From positions 2,016,001 to 2,080,000 of the forward strand of contig OY969474.1 of NCBI GenBank assembly GCA_963700145.1: 64,000 bases of DNA, written 5' to 3'. The position numbers were made by a program, and so were the translations under genes. Source of the stretch: an uncultured Acidobacteriota bacterium (GTDB taxonomy: Bacteria; Acidobacteriota; Thermoanaerobaculia; Multivoradales; UBA5704). The notes under the pieces are model-generated. The model was not told where the DNA came from, ran no database searches, and was given only the letters and a program-made list of their open reading frames with translations. This document shows positions 38,430 to 59,802 of this stretch, piece after piece (the first letter of the stretch is position 1; the number at the start of each line of letters is the position of its first letter).

Positions 38430-41141
38430 TCACTCCTCCCGCAGAGCGACCGCCGGCTCGACGCGGGTGGCGCGGCGGGCGGGAACCCACGCGGCGACCA
38501 TCGCCACCGAGGCGAGCACGGTCGTGACCCCGGCGAACACGAGCGGATCACTCGTGCTCACGCCGAACAGCAGCGTCCGGAGGGCGCGGGTGAGCGCCAT
38601 CGCGCCGAGCAGGCCGGCCGCGACGCCCGCGGCGACCATCGCGGCACCTCGGCCCAGCAGCAGCTTCAGGATCGCGCGGGAGCTGGCGCCGATCGCCATG
38701 CGAATCCCGATCTCGCGCGTGCGCTGGCGCGCGGCGTACGACATGACTCCGTAGGTCCCCACGCTGGCGAGCAGGAGCGCCAGGCCGGCGAACGTGCCCA
38801 GGACGATCGCGCGCAGCCGCGGCTGCGCGAGCGACGCCGACACCCTCTCCTCCATCGTCAGGATGCTCGAGGCGGGCACGTCGGGATCGACATGGCGAAT
38901 CCGCTCGCGGATCGCGGCGGAGAGGCCGGCCGGATCCACGGGCGAGCGCACGACGAGGTACATCGTCGTCGTTCCCTCCGAGCCTTGCGTGAAGGGGACG
39001 TACACCAGCGGCAGCGGCGCCGCGTCCAGGGAGCCGTAGTGGACATCCGCGGCGACGCCGACCACGGTGAAGAGCTCGGGCCGGTAGTCGGGGGGGACGG
39101 TGCCGCGCGGGACGAGCTGGATGGGAGGGTTGACCGAAATGACCTTGCCGATCGGGTCCTGGCCCGGCCAGTGCCGCCGGACCATCTCGCGATTCACGAT
39201 CGCCACCTTCGCGCCGTCGGCCGCGTCGGTGTCGGCGAAGGCCCGGCCCCTGAGGATCGGCACCGCCAGCGCGCGGAAGTAGTCGCCGGCGACGACCCGG
39301 TACTGGATCGGGGGCAGCTCGCGGATCGTGGCGGGCAGCGGGCGGTCGTAGAGCGTCACGTTTTTGCCCCACACCTCTCCCAGCAAGGGCAGACCGTCGA
39401 TCGCGCCCGCGGCGCTGACGCCGGGCAGCGTACGGACCTGCTCGACGAGGTCGGTGAAGAACCGGGTCGACTTCACGTAGGCCTGCGGCGAGAAACGCCG
39501 CTCGAGCTCCTCGTCGACGTATTTGCGCCGCGGGATGCCGACCTGGACGGTCAGCACGCCGCGCGGCTCGAAGCCCGCGTCGACGCGGGTGAGGCTGTGC
39601 ATGCTCCTGACCATCAGGCCGGCGCCGATGAGCAGGACGAGCGACATGGCGATCTCCGCCGCGACCAGGGCCGACCGGACGCGATGTCCGCGAGCGTCTC
39701 CGCCCGTGCGTGCGCCCTGCTGGAGCGCCTCGCCAGGATCGATGTCCACGTTCCGCCAGGCGGGCGCCAGCCCGAAGAGCACGCCCGTGGCCAAGGCGAC
39801 GAGGGCCGTGTACCCCAGGACCACGCCGTCGATGCGGATGTCTTCGGTGCGCGGAAGCACGGTCTGGCTCAGCGAGTTCAGCGTGTCCACCGACAGCCAC
39901 GCCAGGATGACGGCGAGAGCGCTGCCGCAGAGGGCGAGCAGCACACTCTCCGTCAGGAGCTGCCCGAGCACGCGCCGGCGGCTGGCCCCGATCGCGATGC
40001 GCAGCGCGATCTCGCGCCGCCGGGCCGCGGCCCGCGCCATCAGGAGGTTGGCCAGGTCGGCGCACGCGATGAGCAGCACGAAGACGACCGCCCCGAAGAG
40101 GACGAGCAGCGCGCGCCGCGCGTCCTCCACGAGCGCCGCGTGGAGCGGGCGCACGTCCATGTGCATGCCGCGGTTCTCGGGATGTTCGACGATGATCTGC
40201 TGCGAGAGGCGGTTGAGGTCGGCGGCGGCGCTCTCCGGCGTCGCGTCCGCGCCCAGCCGCGCGACCATCGTCAGGAAGTAGTTGTTGTGCGTGTTCAGGT
40301 TGTCGCCGGGCGCGAAGGACATGGGCACCAGCGCCTGCGCCTCCCGGCCGAGGAAGGAGAACCCGGGCGGCAGGACGCCGACGACCGTATAGGGCTCGGC
40401 CCCGAGCACGATCCGCCGGCCGAGGATCGAGGCATCGGCCGCGTATCGACGCCTCCAGAAGCCGTCGGTCAGGATGACGACCCGGTGGTCCCCCCACTGC
40501 TCGTCGCGCGGCTGGAGATCGCGGCCGATCGCCGGAGGTTGCCGGAGCGTGCCGAGGAAGTCCGACGACACGATCAGGGCGCGGATCCGCTCGGGCTCGT
40601 AGTCCCCGGTGACGTCGAACGACCCGAAATAGAAGGACGAGAACGACTGGAAGGCGCGGTTGCGGGACCGGTACACGTAGTAGTCCGGCGGCGCCGTTCC
40701 CCCCGGCCGATCGTTCTCGTCGACGGTCTGCACGAGCTGCAGGCGGGACGGATCCGGGTAGGGAAGCGGCCGCAGCAACACGGTGTTGACCACCGTGAAC
40801 ATGACGGTGTTCGCCCCGATGCCCAGGGCGAGGACCACGAGCGCGGCGGCGGTCAGGCTGGGGTCCCTCCGCATCATGCGCAGCGCGAACCGGCCGTCCT
40901 GGACGATCCGGTCGATCGCGGGCAGGGCTCGCCGATCGCGGTAGATCTCCTTCGTCGGCTCGATCCCTCCGAGCTTGAGCAGCGCGGACCGGCGCGCCTC
41001 CTCGGGCGTCATTCCCGCGCGGATGTTGTCCTCGATGTGCATCCCCAGGTGGCTGGCCAGCTCTTCGTCGAGCTCCTTCTCCCAGCGGCCCCGGTGGAGG
41101 GTCGCGGTGGCGCGCAGCCAGAACGCCCGCAGGCGTCTCAC
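38430..41141 (-). CDS. Acidobacterial duplicated orphan permease (ADOP; MacB/FtsX-like)
   Basis: ELDEELASHL N-terminus, LALGIGANT, two REIAL/GIRxAIGA repeats, DP/EPxxALREE end; GTGA overlap with padR. Confidence 0.93.
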   Translation of the reverse strand: MRRLRAFWLRATATLHRGRWEKELDEELASHLGMHIEDNIRAGMTPEEARRSALLKLGGIEPTKEIYRDRRALPAIDRIVQDGRFALRMMRRDPSLTAAALVVLALGIGANTVMFTVVNTVLLRPLPYPDPSRLQLVQTVDENDRPGGTAPPDYYVYRSRNRAFQSFSSFYFGSFDVTGDYEPERIRALIVSSDFLGTLRQPPAIGRDLQPRDEQWGDHRVVILTDGFWRRRYAADASILGRRIVLGAEPYTVVGVLPPGFSFLGREAQALVPMSFAPGDNLNTHNNYFLTMVARLGADATPESAAADLNRLSQQIIVEHPENRGMHMDVRPLHAALVEDARRALLVLFGAVVFVLLIACADLANLLMARAAARRREIALRIAIGASRRRVLGQLLTESVLLALCGSALAVILAWLSVDTLNSLSQTVLPRTEDIRIDGVVLGYTALVALATGVLFGLAPAWRNVDIDPGEALQQGARTGGDARGHRVRSALVAAEIAMSLVLLIGAGLMVRSMHSLTRVDAGFEPRGVLTVQVGIPRRKYVDEELERRFSPQAYVKSTRFFTDLVEQVRTLPGVSAAGAIDGLPLLGEVWGKNVTLYDRPLPATIRELPPIQYRVVAGDYFRALAVPILRGRAFADTDAADGAKVAIVNREMVRRHWPGQDPIGKVISVNPPIQLVPRGTVPPDYRPELFTVVGVAADVHYGSLDAAPLPLVYVPFTQGSEGTTTMYLVVRSPVDPAGLSAAIRERIRHVDPDVPASSILTMEERVSASLAQPRLRAIVLGTFAGLALLLASVGTYGVMSYAARQRTREIGIRMAIGASSRAILKLLLGRGAAMVAAGVAAGLLGAMALTRALRTLLFGVSTSDPLVFAGVTTVLASVAMVAAWVPARRATRVEPAVALREE

Positions 41142-41479
41142 GACGACGCCTTGGCCGCGAAGAAGCGGGCGAGGATGGCGCTCGTCCGCTGCCAGGCGCG
41201 CGCCTCCTTCTCCACCTGCGCCCGGCCGGCCCGCGTGAGCCGGTAGAACTTCGCCCGCCGGTTGTTCTCCGACGTTCCCCATTCCGCAGCGACGTAGCCC
41301 TCCTGCTCCAGCTTCAGGAGCGCCGGATAGAGGGTGCCGTAGTTGATGGTCAGGAGGCCCCCGCTCGTCTGCTCGATGCGGCGCGCGATCCCGTAGCCGT
41401 GGAGCGGGCCCATCGTCTGGAGCGTCTTCAGGACCATCAGCGCCAGCGTGCCCTGCTGCACCTCGAGCTTGTCGTCCAT
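41138..41479 (-). CDS. PadR-family regulator, acidobacterial type
   Basis: QGTLALMVLKTL, LHGYGIARRIEQ, GTLYPALLKLE, SENNRRAKFY. Confidence 0.93.
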   Translation of the reverse strand: MDDKLEVQQGTLALMVLKTLQTMGPLHGYGIARRIEQTSGGLLTINYGTLYPALLKLEQEGYVAAEWGTSENNRRAKFYRLTRAGRAQVEKEARAWQRTSAILARFFAAKASS

Positions 41480-41486
41480 CGGCCCT

Positions 41487-41538
41487 CCTATGGTCTTCCC
41501 AGGGGAGGGTAGATCAGCTTCTATGGGAATGCAATAGG
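41487..41538. promoter_or_regulatory. Candidate PadR operator(s)
   Basis: CTAT-N9-ATAG dyad at 41521-41537 and a related CCTATGG box at 41487, just upstream of padR. Confidence 0.4.
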
Positions 41539-41558
41539 TCGCCGGGGGCTTCCTCGTT

Positions 41559-42203
41559 TCAGGGCAGGAGCCGGCGCACGTGCTCCAGCTCGTCGGCGTT
41601 GACCGTGTGGCCGAGGCCGGGGTAGAGGCGGAGGGTGACGGCGGCGCCGAGGCCTTCGAGGACGCGCGCCGACTCCTCGACGCGCGCCGCCGGGATGTGG
41701 GGGTCGGGGACGCCGCAGCCGAGGAAGACCGGGGTGCCGGCGAGCGGCGGCGGAGCGGCGCCGGCGGCCGGGGCCGGCCGCGGCGTGCCGTCCGGCCCGA
41801 TGAGCCCGCCGGAGAGGCCGGCGACGCTGGCGTAGCGGCGCGGGTGACGCGCCACGTGCTCGAGGGCGAGGCAGGCGCCCTGCGAGAAGCCGGCGAGCGC
41901 GACGCGCTCGGCGGCGTGGCCGGCGGCGGCGGCGAGGTCGAGCGTCCGGCCGACGGCGGCCAGCGCCGAGGAGAGCCAGGGCTCGTTGGCCGCGAGCGGC
42001 GCGAGGAAGCTGTAGGGGTACCAGGTGGAGCCGGCCGCCTGCGGGGCGAGGTAGGCGAGGTCGGGGCGGCCGAGCTCGGCGGCCAGCTCGAGGATGCTCT
42101 CGGCGGTGGCGCCGCGGCCGTGGAGGAGGACGACGGCGCCGGCGGCGCGGTCGAGCGGCGCGCCGGCGCGGGCGACCGGCTGGCCGGCGTGGGGGTCCTG
42201 CAT
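41559..42203 (-). CDS. Phospholipase/carboxylesterase-type alpha/beta hydrolase
   Basis: LLHGRG, APQAAGSTWYP, GFSQG, DPHIP, GHTV. Confidence 0.9.
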   Translation of the reverse strand: MQDPHAGQPVARAGAPLDRAAGAVVLLHGRGATAESILELAAELGRPDLAYLAPQAAGSTWYPYSFLAPLAANEPWLSSALAAVGRTLDLAAAAGHAAERVALAGFSQGACLALEHVARHPRRYASVAGLSGGLIGPDGTPRPAPAAGAAPPPLAGTPVFLGCGVPDPHIPAARVEESARVLEGLGAAVTLRLYPGLGHTVNADELEHVRRLLP

Positions 42204-42257
42204 GGACGGAGAATAGACCCGCGCGGCGGGGCGGTTGAAGCCGGACGAGGCCATCGC

Positions 42258-42818
42258 ATGCCCGTCCGCGTTCCCACTCCGGCGCTCGCCGCCCTGCTCC
42301 TCCTGATCGCCGGACAGGCTTGCCTGCCGCTTCCGGCGCAGCGCCCGCGGGTGCGCACGATCCCGCCGCGCCGCCCCGCCGCCGCGCCGGCGCGGCCCGC
42401 CGCCTCCGACCCGTCCGGGCTCGCCGCCCTGCGCCGCGAGGTGCTCTCGGAGGTCAACGCCGAGCGCGTCCGCCGCGGCCGCGAGCCCCTGGGCCGCGAC
42501 TCCCTCCTCGAGCAGGCGGCGCAGCGCCACGCCGAGGACATGCTCCGCCGCCGCTACTTCGACCACCAGAGCCCGGAGGGCCGGAGCGTGCGCGATCGCG
42601 TCGACGACGCCGGCTACTCGTGGCGCATCGTCGGCGAGAACCTGGCCTCCGGCCCGCGCACCCCGGGCGAGGCGGTGGACGGCTGGATGGGCAGCACCGC
42701 CCACCGCCGCGTCCTCCTCGACCGGCGGTTCACCGACCTCGGCGTCGGCTACGCCGAAAGCGGCGGCTCCCGGCGGTCGCTCCGTCTCTGGGTCCAGGTC
42801 TTCGGCGGCCCGCGCTGA
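42258..42818 (+). CDS. CAP/SCP-domain exported protein
   Basis: VNAER, AAQRHAEDM, YFDH, GENLA, WMGSTAHRRVLL. Confidence 0.88.
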   Translation: MPVRVPTPALAALLLLIAGQACLPLPAQRPRVRTIPPRRPAAAPARPAASDPSGLAALRREVLSEVNAERVRRGREPLGRDSLLEQAAQRHAEDMLRRRYFDHQSPEGRSVRDRVDDAGYSWRIVGENLASGPRTPGEAVDGWMGSTAHRRVLLDRRFTDLGVGYAESGGSRRSLRLWVQVFGGPR

Positions 42819-42902
42819 GATACCCCCGGGGGGAATGGCAGCCCCCGCAGATCCGTTCTGGCTCCCGTACAGGTCCCTTCGGACCGGGAGCGTGAAAAAC
42901 CG

Positions 42903-45392
<2,490 letters not shown>

Positions 45393-45461
45393 TCTCATGG
45401 GCCGCCTGTGCGCGGCCCAATCCCCCGCCCTTCTTTCTCCCACCGGGTTACCATCGGCGGA

Positions 45462-46430
45462 GTGATCCCTCCGCCGGCCCTCCTCGCCGCCCTCCTCCTG
45501 CTCGCGGGCCCCGATCCGGCCGACCCGGCCGGCTGGGTCCGCCAGGGGGTCCTGGCGCGCCTCAACATTGAGCGGGCAACGGCGGGCCTGCGGCCGCTCG
45601 CCCTGGACGACCGCCTGGTGCGGGTGGCGCAGCAGGAGGCCGAGGAGATCGCGCGCCGCGGCGTGCGCGCCTACGAGGAGTCGGCGCTGCGCGAGACCTT
45701 CCGCCAGACCCGCCACCGCCTGGCGCGCGCCGCCTACGAGCCGCACGGCTGGAGCGAGAGCTGGGCGCTCGGCGGCGGCGGCGACCTGGAGCGGATCGTC
45801 GGCGGCGCCGACGGCGTGCTGGCGCAGGCGCGGGACGGCGACTACGCGCACCTGGGCGTCGGCTTCAGCCGCCACGACGGCCTGCCGGTCTACACCTTCC
45901 TCCTCGCCTGGCCCGAGGAAGAGTTCTTCGCCCGCCAGACGACCGGCCTCGCCGACCGCGAGGCGGCGCGCCAGGCGATGCTGGCGCAGGCCAACGCGCT
46001 GCGCCAGGCGGCGGGCGCGCCGCCGCTCGCCCTCGATCCGCGGCTCAACGCCGCGGCGCAGCGCCACGCCGAGGACATGCTGGCGCGCTCCTTCTACGCC
46101 CACGACACCCCCGAGGGGGCGGGCCCGGGCGAGCGCGTGCGCGCCGCGGGGTACCCCGCGCCGGCCCTGGTCGGCGAGAACATCGCCCGCGGCGCCCTCT
46201 CGGTCGAGGAGGCGCTCGCCGGCTGGACGCGCAGCCGCGAGCACCGCCGGAACCTCCTCCACGGCGCCTTCACCGGCCTCGGCGTCGGCTACGCCGCCGG
46301 CCGCGACGCCGACGGTTGGACGGTCGTCTGGGTGCAGGACTTCGCGCGGCCGAAGCGCCCGGCACGTAGGCCGGGCGCTTCAGCGGTTCTCTCCTTGACC
46401 ATCAGCCAGGCGTCCAGCCCGCGGCGGTAG
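45462..46430 (+). CDS. Exported protein with two CAP/SCP domains
   Basis: LNIER...HLGVG and ANALR...AAQRHAEDM...GENIA...SREHRRNLL; 3' end overlaps GNAT. Confidence 0.85.
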   Translation: MIPPPALLAALLLLAGPDPADPAGWVRQGVLARLNIERATAGLRPLALDDRLVRVAQQEAEEIARRGVRAYEESALRETFRQTRHRLARAAYEPHGWSESWALGGGGDLERIVGGADGVLAQARDGDYAHLGVGFSRHDGLPVYTFLLAWPEEEFFARQTTGLADREAARQAMLAQANALRQAAGAPPLALDPRLNAAAQRHAEDMLARSFYAHDTPEGAGPGERVRAAGYPAPALVGENIARGALSVEEALAGWTRSREHRRNLLHGAFTGLGVGYAAGRDADGWTVVWVQDFARPKRPARRPGASAVLSLTISQASSPRR

Positions 46431-46849
46431 TAGCGCGGCAGGCGGCGGACGGCGCGGTAGCCGTGGCGCTCGTAGAAGGCGCGCGCGCCGGCCTCCCCTA
46501 CCGCCGTCTCGAGGGCGATCTCGCGGGCGCCCGCTTCCCAGAGCCACGCCTCCGCCGTCGCGAGGAGGCGCCCGCCGACGCCGCGCCGCTGCCGCCCGGG
46601 GGCGACGTCGAGGGTCGCCAGGTGGGCGAGCCCGCGCCGCTCGACACAGGCGACCGCGAAGCCCACGACCTCGCCCGCCGCTTCGGCCACCCACGTCCGG
46701 CACCCCCGGCTGCCGATCCACTGCGCCAGCTCCCGCCGCGAGTAGGCGAGCTCCGGCGGGAAGGCGGCGCGGTCGATGGCGTGCAGGCGCTCGAAGTCCT
46801 CCGGCCGCGCGTCGCGGATCAGGAGGGAGGACTGGTCCGTGCTTTGCAC
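46289..46849 (-). CDS. GNAT/RimI-like acetyltransferase
   Basis: IRDARPED, LDVAPGRQRRGVGGRLL, ARAFYERHGY; GTG start assumed. Confidence 0.85.
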   Translation of the reverse strand: MQSTDQSSLLIRDARPEDFERLHAIDRAAFPPELAYSRRELAQWIGSRGCRTWVAEAAGEVVGFAVACVERRGLAHLATLDVAPGRQRRGVGGRLLATAEAWLWEAGAREIALETAVGEAGARAFYERHGYRAVRRLPRYYRRGLDAWLMVKERTAEAPGLRAGRFGRAKSCTQTTVQPSASRPAA

Positions 46850-46876
46850 CGTGAGCTTCTTACGAGGAGGTGGTGA

Positions 46877-47305
46877 ATGAAAGTGCGAGAGATCATGACC
46901 GAGAACCCCGCCTGCTGCACCCCCGAGCAGACGGTGCGCGAAGCGGCGCACCTGATGGTGCAGAACGACTGCGGCTCGATCCCGGTGGTCGAGGAGAGCA
47001 CCCGCCGGCTGCTCGGCGTGGTGACCGACCGCGACCTGGCGATCCGCGTCCTGGCCGAGGGGCGCGGACCGGACACGCCGGTGCGCGAGGCGATGACGCC
47101 GGACCCGGTGACCTGCAGCCCCGACGACGACGTGGACAAGGTGGAGCGGCTGATGGCCGAGCGGCAGGTGCGCCGCATCCCGGTGGTCGAGAACGGGCGC
47201 GTCGTCGGCGTGGTGGCGCAGGCCGACCTGGCGCTCCACCCGAACGCCGTCTCCGACCGCGAGGTCGGGCACCTGGTGGAAGAGATCTCGCAGCCGACGC
47301 GGTAG
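46877..47305 (+). CDS. CBS-domain protein
   Basis: GGAGGT RBS; VREIMT, GVVTDRDL, VRRIPVVE, GVVAQADL. Confidence 0.93.
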   Translation: MKVREIMTENPACCTPEQTVREAAHLMVQNDCGSIPVVEESTRRLLGVVTDRDLAIRVLAEGRGPDTPVREAMTPDPVTCSPDDDVDKVERLMAERQVRRIPVVENGRVVGVVAQADLALHPNAVSDREVGHLVEEISQPTR

Positions 47306-47316
47306 ACCGCCGGCGC

Positions 47317-48974
47317 CTACCGCGGCGGTAAGGGCTTGAGGTGGATCGTCGCGTCGCGGTTGAGCACGCCGCGCGGGGAGACCGCGTCGCCGGTGGCCTC
47401 GAAGTTGCGGTCGCCGGCGGCGCCCACGAGCTCGAGGACGAGGAGCACCGCGGCGGCCGCGGCGAGCAGCCAGCGCGGGGGCCGCCGGGGCGCGAACCGC
47501 CGCAGGCCCGCCGCGACCGCCGCCGCGACGAGCGTCCACCAGAACGGCAGGATCAGCAGCCCCTGGCGCACGTAGCCGAAGGTCAGCCCCACGACCAGCG
47601 CCCACACCAGCGTCAGCAGCAGCACCAGGACACCCCAGCGCCGGGCCGGGCCGCCGGCGGCGAGGCAGACCGCCGAGCCCGAGGAGCGCCAGCGGCGGCC
47701 CCAGCCAGAGCGTCGGGCGCGAGGCGGCGGAGGTCGGGACGAAGACGTCCACCGGCCGCCGCACCCCGGTCAAGCCGCCGGGCCGGTCCCACTGCGTCCA
47801 GCCGAGCCGCCAGGCGTCGAGCGAGAGCCGCCACTTGGCGAGCACGAGGCGCGCGGCCGCGCCGGGGCGCTCGCGCGCCCACCGCCAGGCCATGCGCTGG
47901 CCGTGGAGCACCATCTCGAGGTGCTTCGGGTCCTCGAGGTCGAGCATCGTGCCGCCGCCGGCGGTGAGCGGCGCCGGGGAGAAGGTGCCGTCGGAGCCGG
48001 GGTGGTTGCCGAGGGCGACGTTGAGCGGTCCGTAGAGGGTGAGCGGCACGAAGAGCGGCAGCGGCTCGGCGAGCCGGCCGGCGTGCCGCTCATTGAACTC
48101 CGCGAGCCGCACCGCGTTGCGCGCCGTCCACGGAGCGACCGCGAGGAGCCACCCCGCCGCCACCAGCGCCCAGGGAGCCAGGCGCCGGCCGGGCACGCGC
48201 CGGCCGCGCAGCCAACCCCAGAGGCCGACGCCGACCAGGAGAATGGCGACGAGCGCGCCCTCGGCGCGGGTGAGAGCGAGGAGGCCCAGGAGCACGCCCA
48301 GGAGAAGGGACCAGAGGTTGCTGCGGGAGCGATCGACTGTCGCGGCAAGCGGCGGTCGATCGGCCGCCGAAGGCGGCGTGGAATCAAGCGGATGCTCCAG
48401 CTTCCGGCTCCACACCAGCAGGCAGAGGAGGAGGAGCGTCAGGTACGGCCCCTCCGAGACCGGCGCCACCGCCAGCACGTAGGAGCCGAAGTGGTAGAGG
48501 GTGAGCGCGGCACCCGCCAGCGCCACGCCGCGCCCGAGGTAGGGGTGGGCGAGGAGGTAGAGCAGGCCGACCGCCGCGCTCGCCACGAGGGCCAGGACGA
48601 GCCGCACCGCGAGGTGCGGCACGTGGTCGGCGGGGTCCCCGGCCCCCACCAGCGTCTGGACCGCGGCGAGGAGCCAGGCGAAGCCGGGGGGGTGGAACGG
48701 CACCCCTTCGTCGTAGAGCTTCCCGGCCAGCAGCGCCCGCGCGTAGCGGAAGAAGGCCTCCGAGTCCCCCTCGTAGAAGACGGTGAACGGCCAGCTCCAG
48801 TCGCGGTTCGAGAAGAGAAAGGCGGCGCGGTGCGCCCAGGCGAGGAGGGTCAGGCCCAGCGCAATCCCCGAGGTCGCCGGCCAGGAGCGGGGACCGCGCG
48901 CCGCCGGCAGTCCGCGCCCTGCCGGCCGGGCCGCTCCGCCGCTCCGCGCGCCGCCGCTCGGCCCTCGCCGTCAC
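47317..48974 (-). pseudogene. ArnT/GT39-like membrane glycosyltransferase with two apparent frameshifts
   Basis: YEGDSEAF, PFHPPGFAWLL, SEGPY, LLALTRAE, VAPWTARN; frame changes near 48900 and 47674; may be sequencing errors. Confidence 0.7.
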
Positions 48975-48998
48975 GGCGGCGATGCTCTCACATGGGGG

Positions 48999-49898
48999 TC
49001 ACTCCGTCGCCGCCGCCGGTACGAGGACGCGCAGGGCGCGCGGCCGGTTGCGGTAGCGGAGCGGCGGCGCCAGGGTCACCACCTCGCCGTCGAGGTAGAC
49101 GGGCAGCGCCTTGCGCCGTGTCTCGATCGTGAATTCGGGCAGGCACCAGGACTCGAAGTGGCGGGTCGCCGAGACGTCTCGGAAGAGCGCCAGCAGCGTG
49201 ATGCCGACGATGCACCAGCGCGACGAGCAGCGCGCGATGTAGAGGTAGAGGTCGCCGCTGTCGAGCCGGGAGCGGGCGCCGTAGTCGAAGAGGCTCATCT
49301 CGTACTCGTTGTTGCCGATGAAGGCGAAGTGGGTGTGGCGGCTGATCGCCCGCCCCTCGACCTGGAGCCGGACGTCGAGCGGCGGCAGGCGCGGCACCAC
49401 CTTGAGCAGCGCCGAGGCGGTGGCCAGCCACTTGCCGCGCCCCAGGCGCTCGCGCTGGCGGTCGCGCACCACGACGACGGTCGGATAGAGGCCGATCGAG
49501 GAGTTGTTGACGAAGATCTCGCCGTTGACCTCGCCCAGGTCGAGGGCGTGGACGCGGCCGGCGGCGAGGGCGGGGATCGCCTCCTCCACCGCCAGCGGCA
49601 CCTTCAGGTCCTTGGCGAAGTGGTTGAGGGTGCCGAGCGGCAGGACGCCGAGCGCCTCGCGGCGCCCGGCCAGGACGGTGGCGAGCGAGCGGACGGTGCC
49701 GTCGCCGCCGCCGGCGATCAGCGCGTCGACGCCGCGGGCCAGCGCCGCCCGCGCGGTCTCCGGGATCTCGGCGCCGTCGACGAAGTGGACCTCCGCCTCC
49801 ACCCCCGCGGCGGTGAAGGCGTCGCGGAGCTGGTCCGGGGTGAGCTCCTGGCGCTGGACGGTCCCGGCGCCATGGTTGACGATGACGGCCGCGCGCAC
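48999..49898 (-). CDS. Diacylglycerol-kinase-family lipid kinase
   Basis: GGGDGT, LPLGTLNHFAKDL, LDGE. Confidence 0.92.
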   Translation of the reverse strand: MRAAVIVNHGAGTVQRQELTPDQLRDAFTAAGVEAEVHFVDGAEIPETARAALARGVDALIAGGGDGTVRSLATVLAGRREALGVLPLGTLNHFAKDLKVPLAVEEAIPALAAGRVHALDLGEVNGEIFVNNSSIGLYPTVVVVRDRQRERLGRGKWLATASALLKVVPRLPPLDVRLQVEGRAISRHTHFAFIGNNEYEMSLFDYGARSRLDSGDLYLYIARCSSRWCIVGITLLALFRDVSATRHFESWCLPEFTIETRRKALPVYLDGEVVTLAPPLRYRNRPRALRVLVPAAATE

Positions 49899-49947
49899 GG
49901 CCGTGGCGAGTGCAAATAGGCCGGCCCGAGGCGGCGGCCGCGCCTGC

Positions 49948-50688
49948 TTACCAGTCCATGCGGTCGATGGCGTAGGGCAGCATCTTCCGCCACCACGGCC
50001 AGTCGTGGGCCACGTCGTGCCCCCAGAGGTCGAGGACGTGCGGGATGCCCTTGCGGTCGAGGAGCTCGGAGAGCCGGCGCGAGGCGTCCGGCGTCTCCCA
50101 CGCTCCCTGTCCGGTTAGGACCTGGATCTGGCAGGCGGTGCGCAGCAGCTCGAGGCGCTCCCCCTCCAGGTTGTCCAGGTACCAGGCCGGGTTGTTGAAG
50201 TAGCAGTTGTCGTCGCAGTAGCCGCGCAGGTAGTCGCCGGCGAGGTCGTAGAAGCCGCTCATCGCGATGACGCCGTCGAAGAGCTCCGGCCGGCGGAAGA
50301 GGGCGTTGGCGGCGTGGAAGGCGCCGAAGCTGGCGCCGGCGGTGGCGACGCGCAGCTCCGGCGACTGGCAGACGCCGCGGATGTAGGGCACCACCTCGTC
50401 CTCGACGTAGGCCGAGAAGAGCGCCTGCCGGCGGGCCTGCTCGCCCACCGGCAGCTTGTCGTCCATCCACGCCTGCTGGTTGATGCTGTTGATCGAGAAG
50501 ACCCGCACCCGCCCCGCCTCGATCTGCGGCGCGAGCGCCTCGACCAGGCCGAAGCGCTCGTTCTCCAGGTAATCCGCCGCCGCCGTCGGGAAGAGGAGCA
50601 GCGGGTGCCCCCAGTGCCCGTAGCCGACGATGGGCATCCCCTGCCCCAACGCCGGGCTGTGCCAGCCGTCCAGGTGACGGTCGTCCAT
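49948..50688 (-). CDS. Putative esterase (alpha/beta hydrolase)
   Basis: YGHWGHPLLLFPT, GASFG, HDWPWW. Confidence 0.88.
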   Translation of the reverse strand: MDDRHLDGWHSPALGQGMPIVGYGHWGHPLLLFPTAAADYLENERFGLVEALAPQIEAGRVRVFSINSINQQAWMDDKLPVGEQARRQALFSAYVEDEVVPYIRGVCQSPELRVATAGASFGAFHAANALFRRPELFDGVIAMSGFYDLAGDYLRGYCDDNCYFNNPAWYLDNLEGERLELLRTACQIQVLTGQGAWETPDASRRLSELLDRKGIPHVLDLWGHDVAHDWPWWRKMLPYAIDRMDW

Positions 50689-50706
50689 AGCGCCGCGGCC
50701 GGGCCC

Positions 50707-54894
<4,188 letters not shown>

Positions 54895-54909
54895 AGGTCG
54901 GTTCCTCCC

Positions 54910-59175
<4,266 letters not shown>

Positions 59176-59385
59176 GTGTTTGATCAATCTCCTCGGGTCA
59201 GGCGAATCGGGGAGGAAAAGAGCCGACACCATGCCCTACCCGTCGGGCGTACCCGGGCGGGCTGTTGGGCATGGTGAGCACTCTCGTTAACAACGAGAGC
59301 GCACCGTTTATGCCAACCCCGCCCGCCCGGGCCCGGAGGCCGCGGCGCGCGCGGGGGACTGACGGGGCGGACGTGGGCCGCCCGC

Positions 59386-59769
59386 CTACTTGACCTGGAC
59401 CTTGGCGCCGGCCTCTTCGAACTTCTTGCGGATCGCCTCCGCCTCGTCCTTGGAGACCCCTTCCTTGACCGTCGCGGGGGCGGACTCGACGAGGTCCTTG
59501 GCCTCCTTGAGGCCGAGGCTGGTCACCTCGCGCACCGCCTTGATGACGTTGATCTTCTTCTCGCCGACCTCCGAGAGGACGACCGTGAACTCGGTCTGCT
59601 CCTCGACCGGGGCCGCGGCGGCCGCGCCGCCGCCGCCCGCCGGCATCGCCACGGCGGCGGCCGCCGCCGAGACGCCGTAGTGCTCCTCCAGCGCCTTGAC
59701 GAGGCTGTTCAGCTCGAGGACCGTCAGCTCGTCGATCTGCTTGATGAAATCCTGGGTTGCGATCGCCAT
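59386..59769 (-). CDS. rplL: 50S ribosomal protein L7/L12
   Basis: [20 protein letters not shown]. Confidence 0.98.
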   Translation of the reverse strand: MAIATQDFIKQIDELTVLELNSLVKALEEHYGVSAAAAAVAMPAGGGGAAAAAPVEEQTEFTVVLSEVGEKKINVIKAVREVTSLGLKEAKDLVESAPATVKEGVSKDEAEAIRKKFEEAGAKVQVK

Positions 59770-59802
59770 CTCGTTTCTCCTTGAGTTCTATGTACGAAGG
59801 GC

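Noticed and set aside
46289-48703. 804-aa glycosyltransferase-GNAT fusion
   Set aside because: Artefact of the frameshift near 47674; the middle is antisense to the CBS gene
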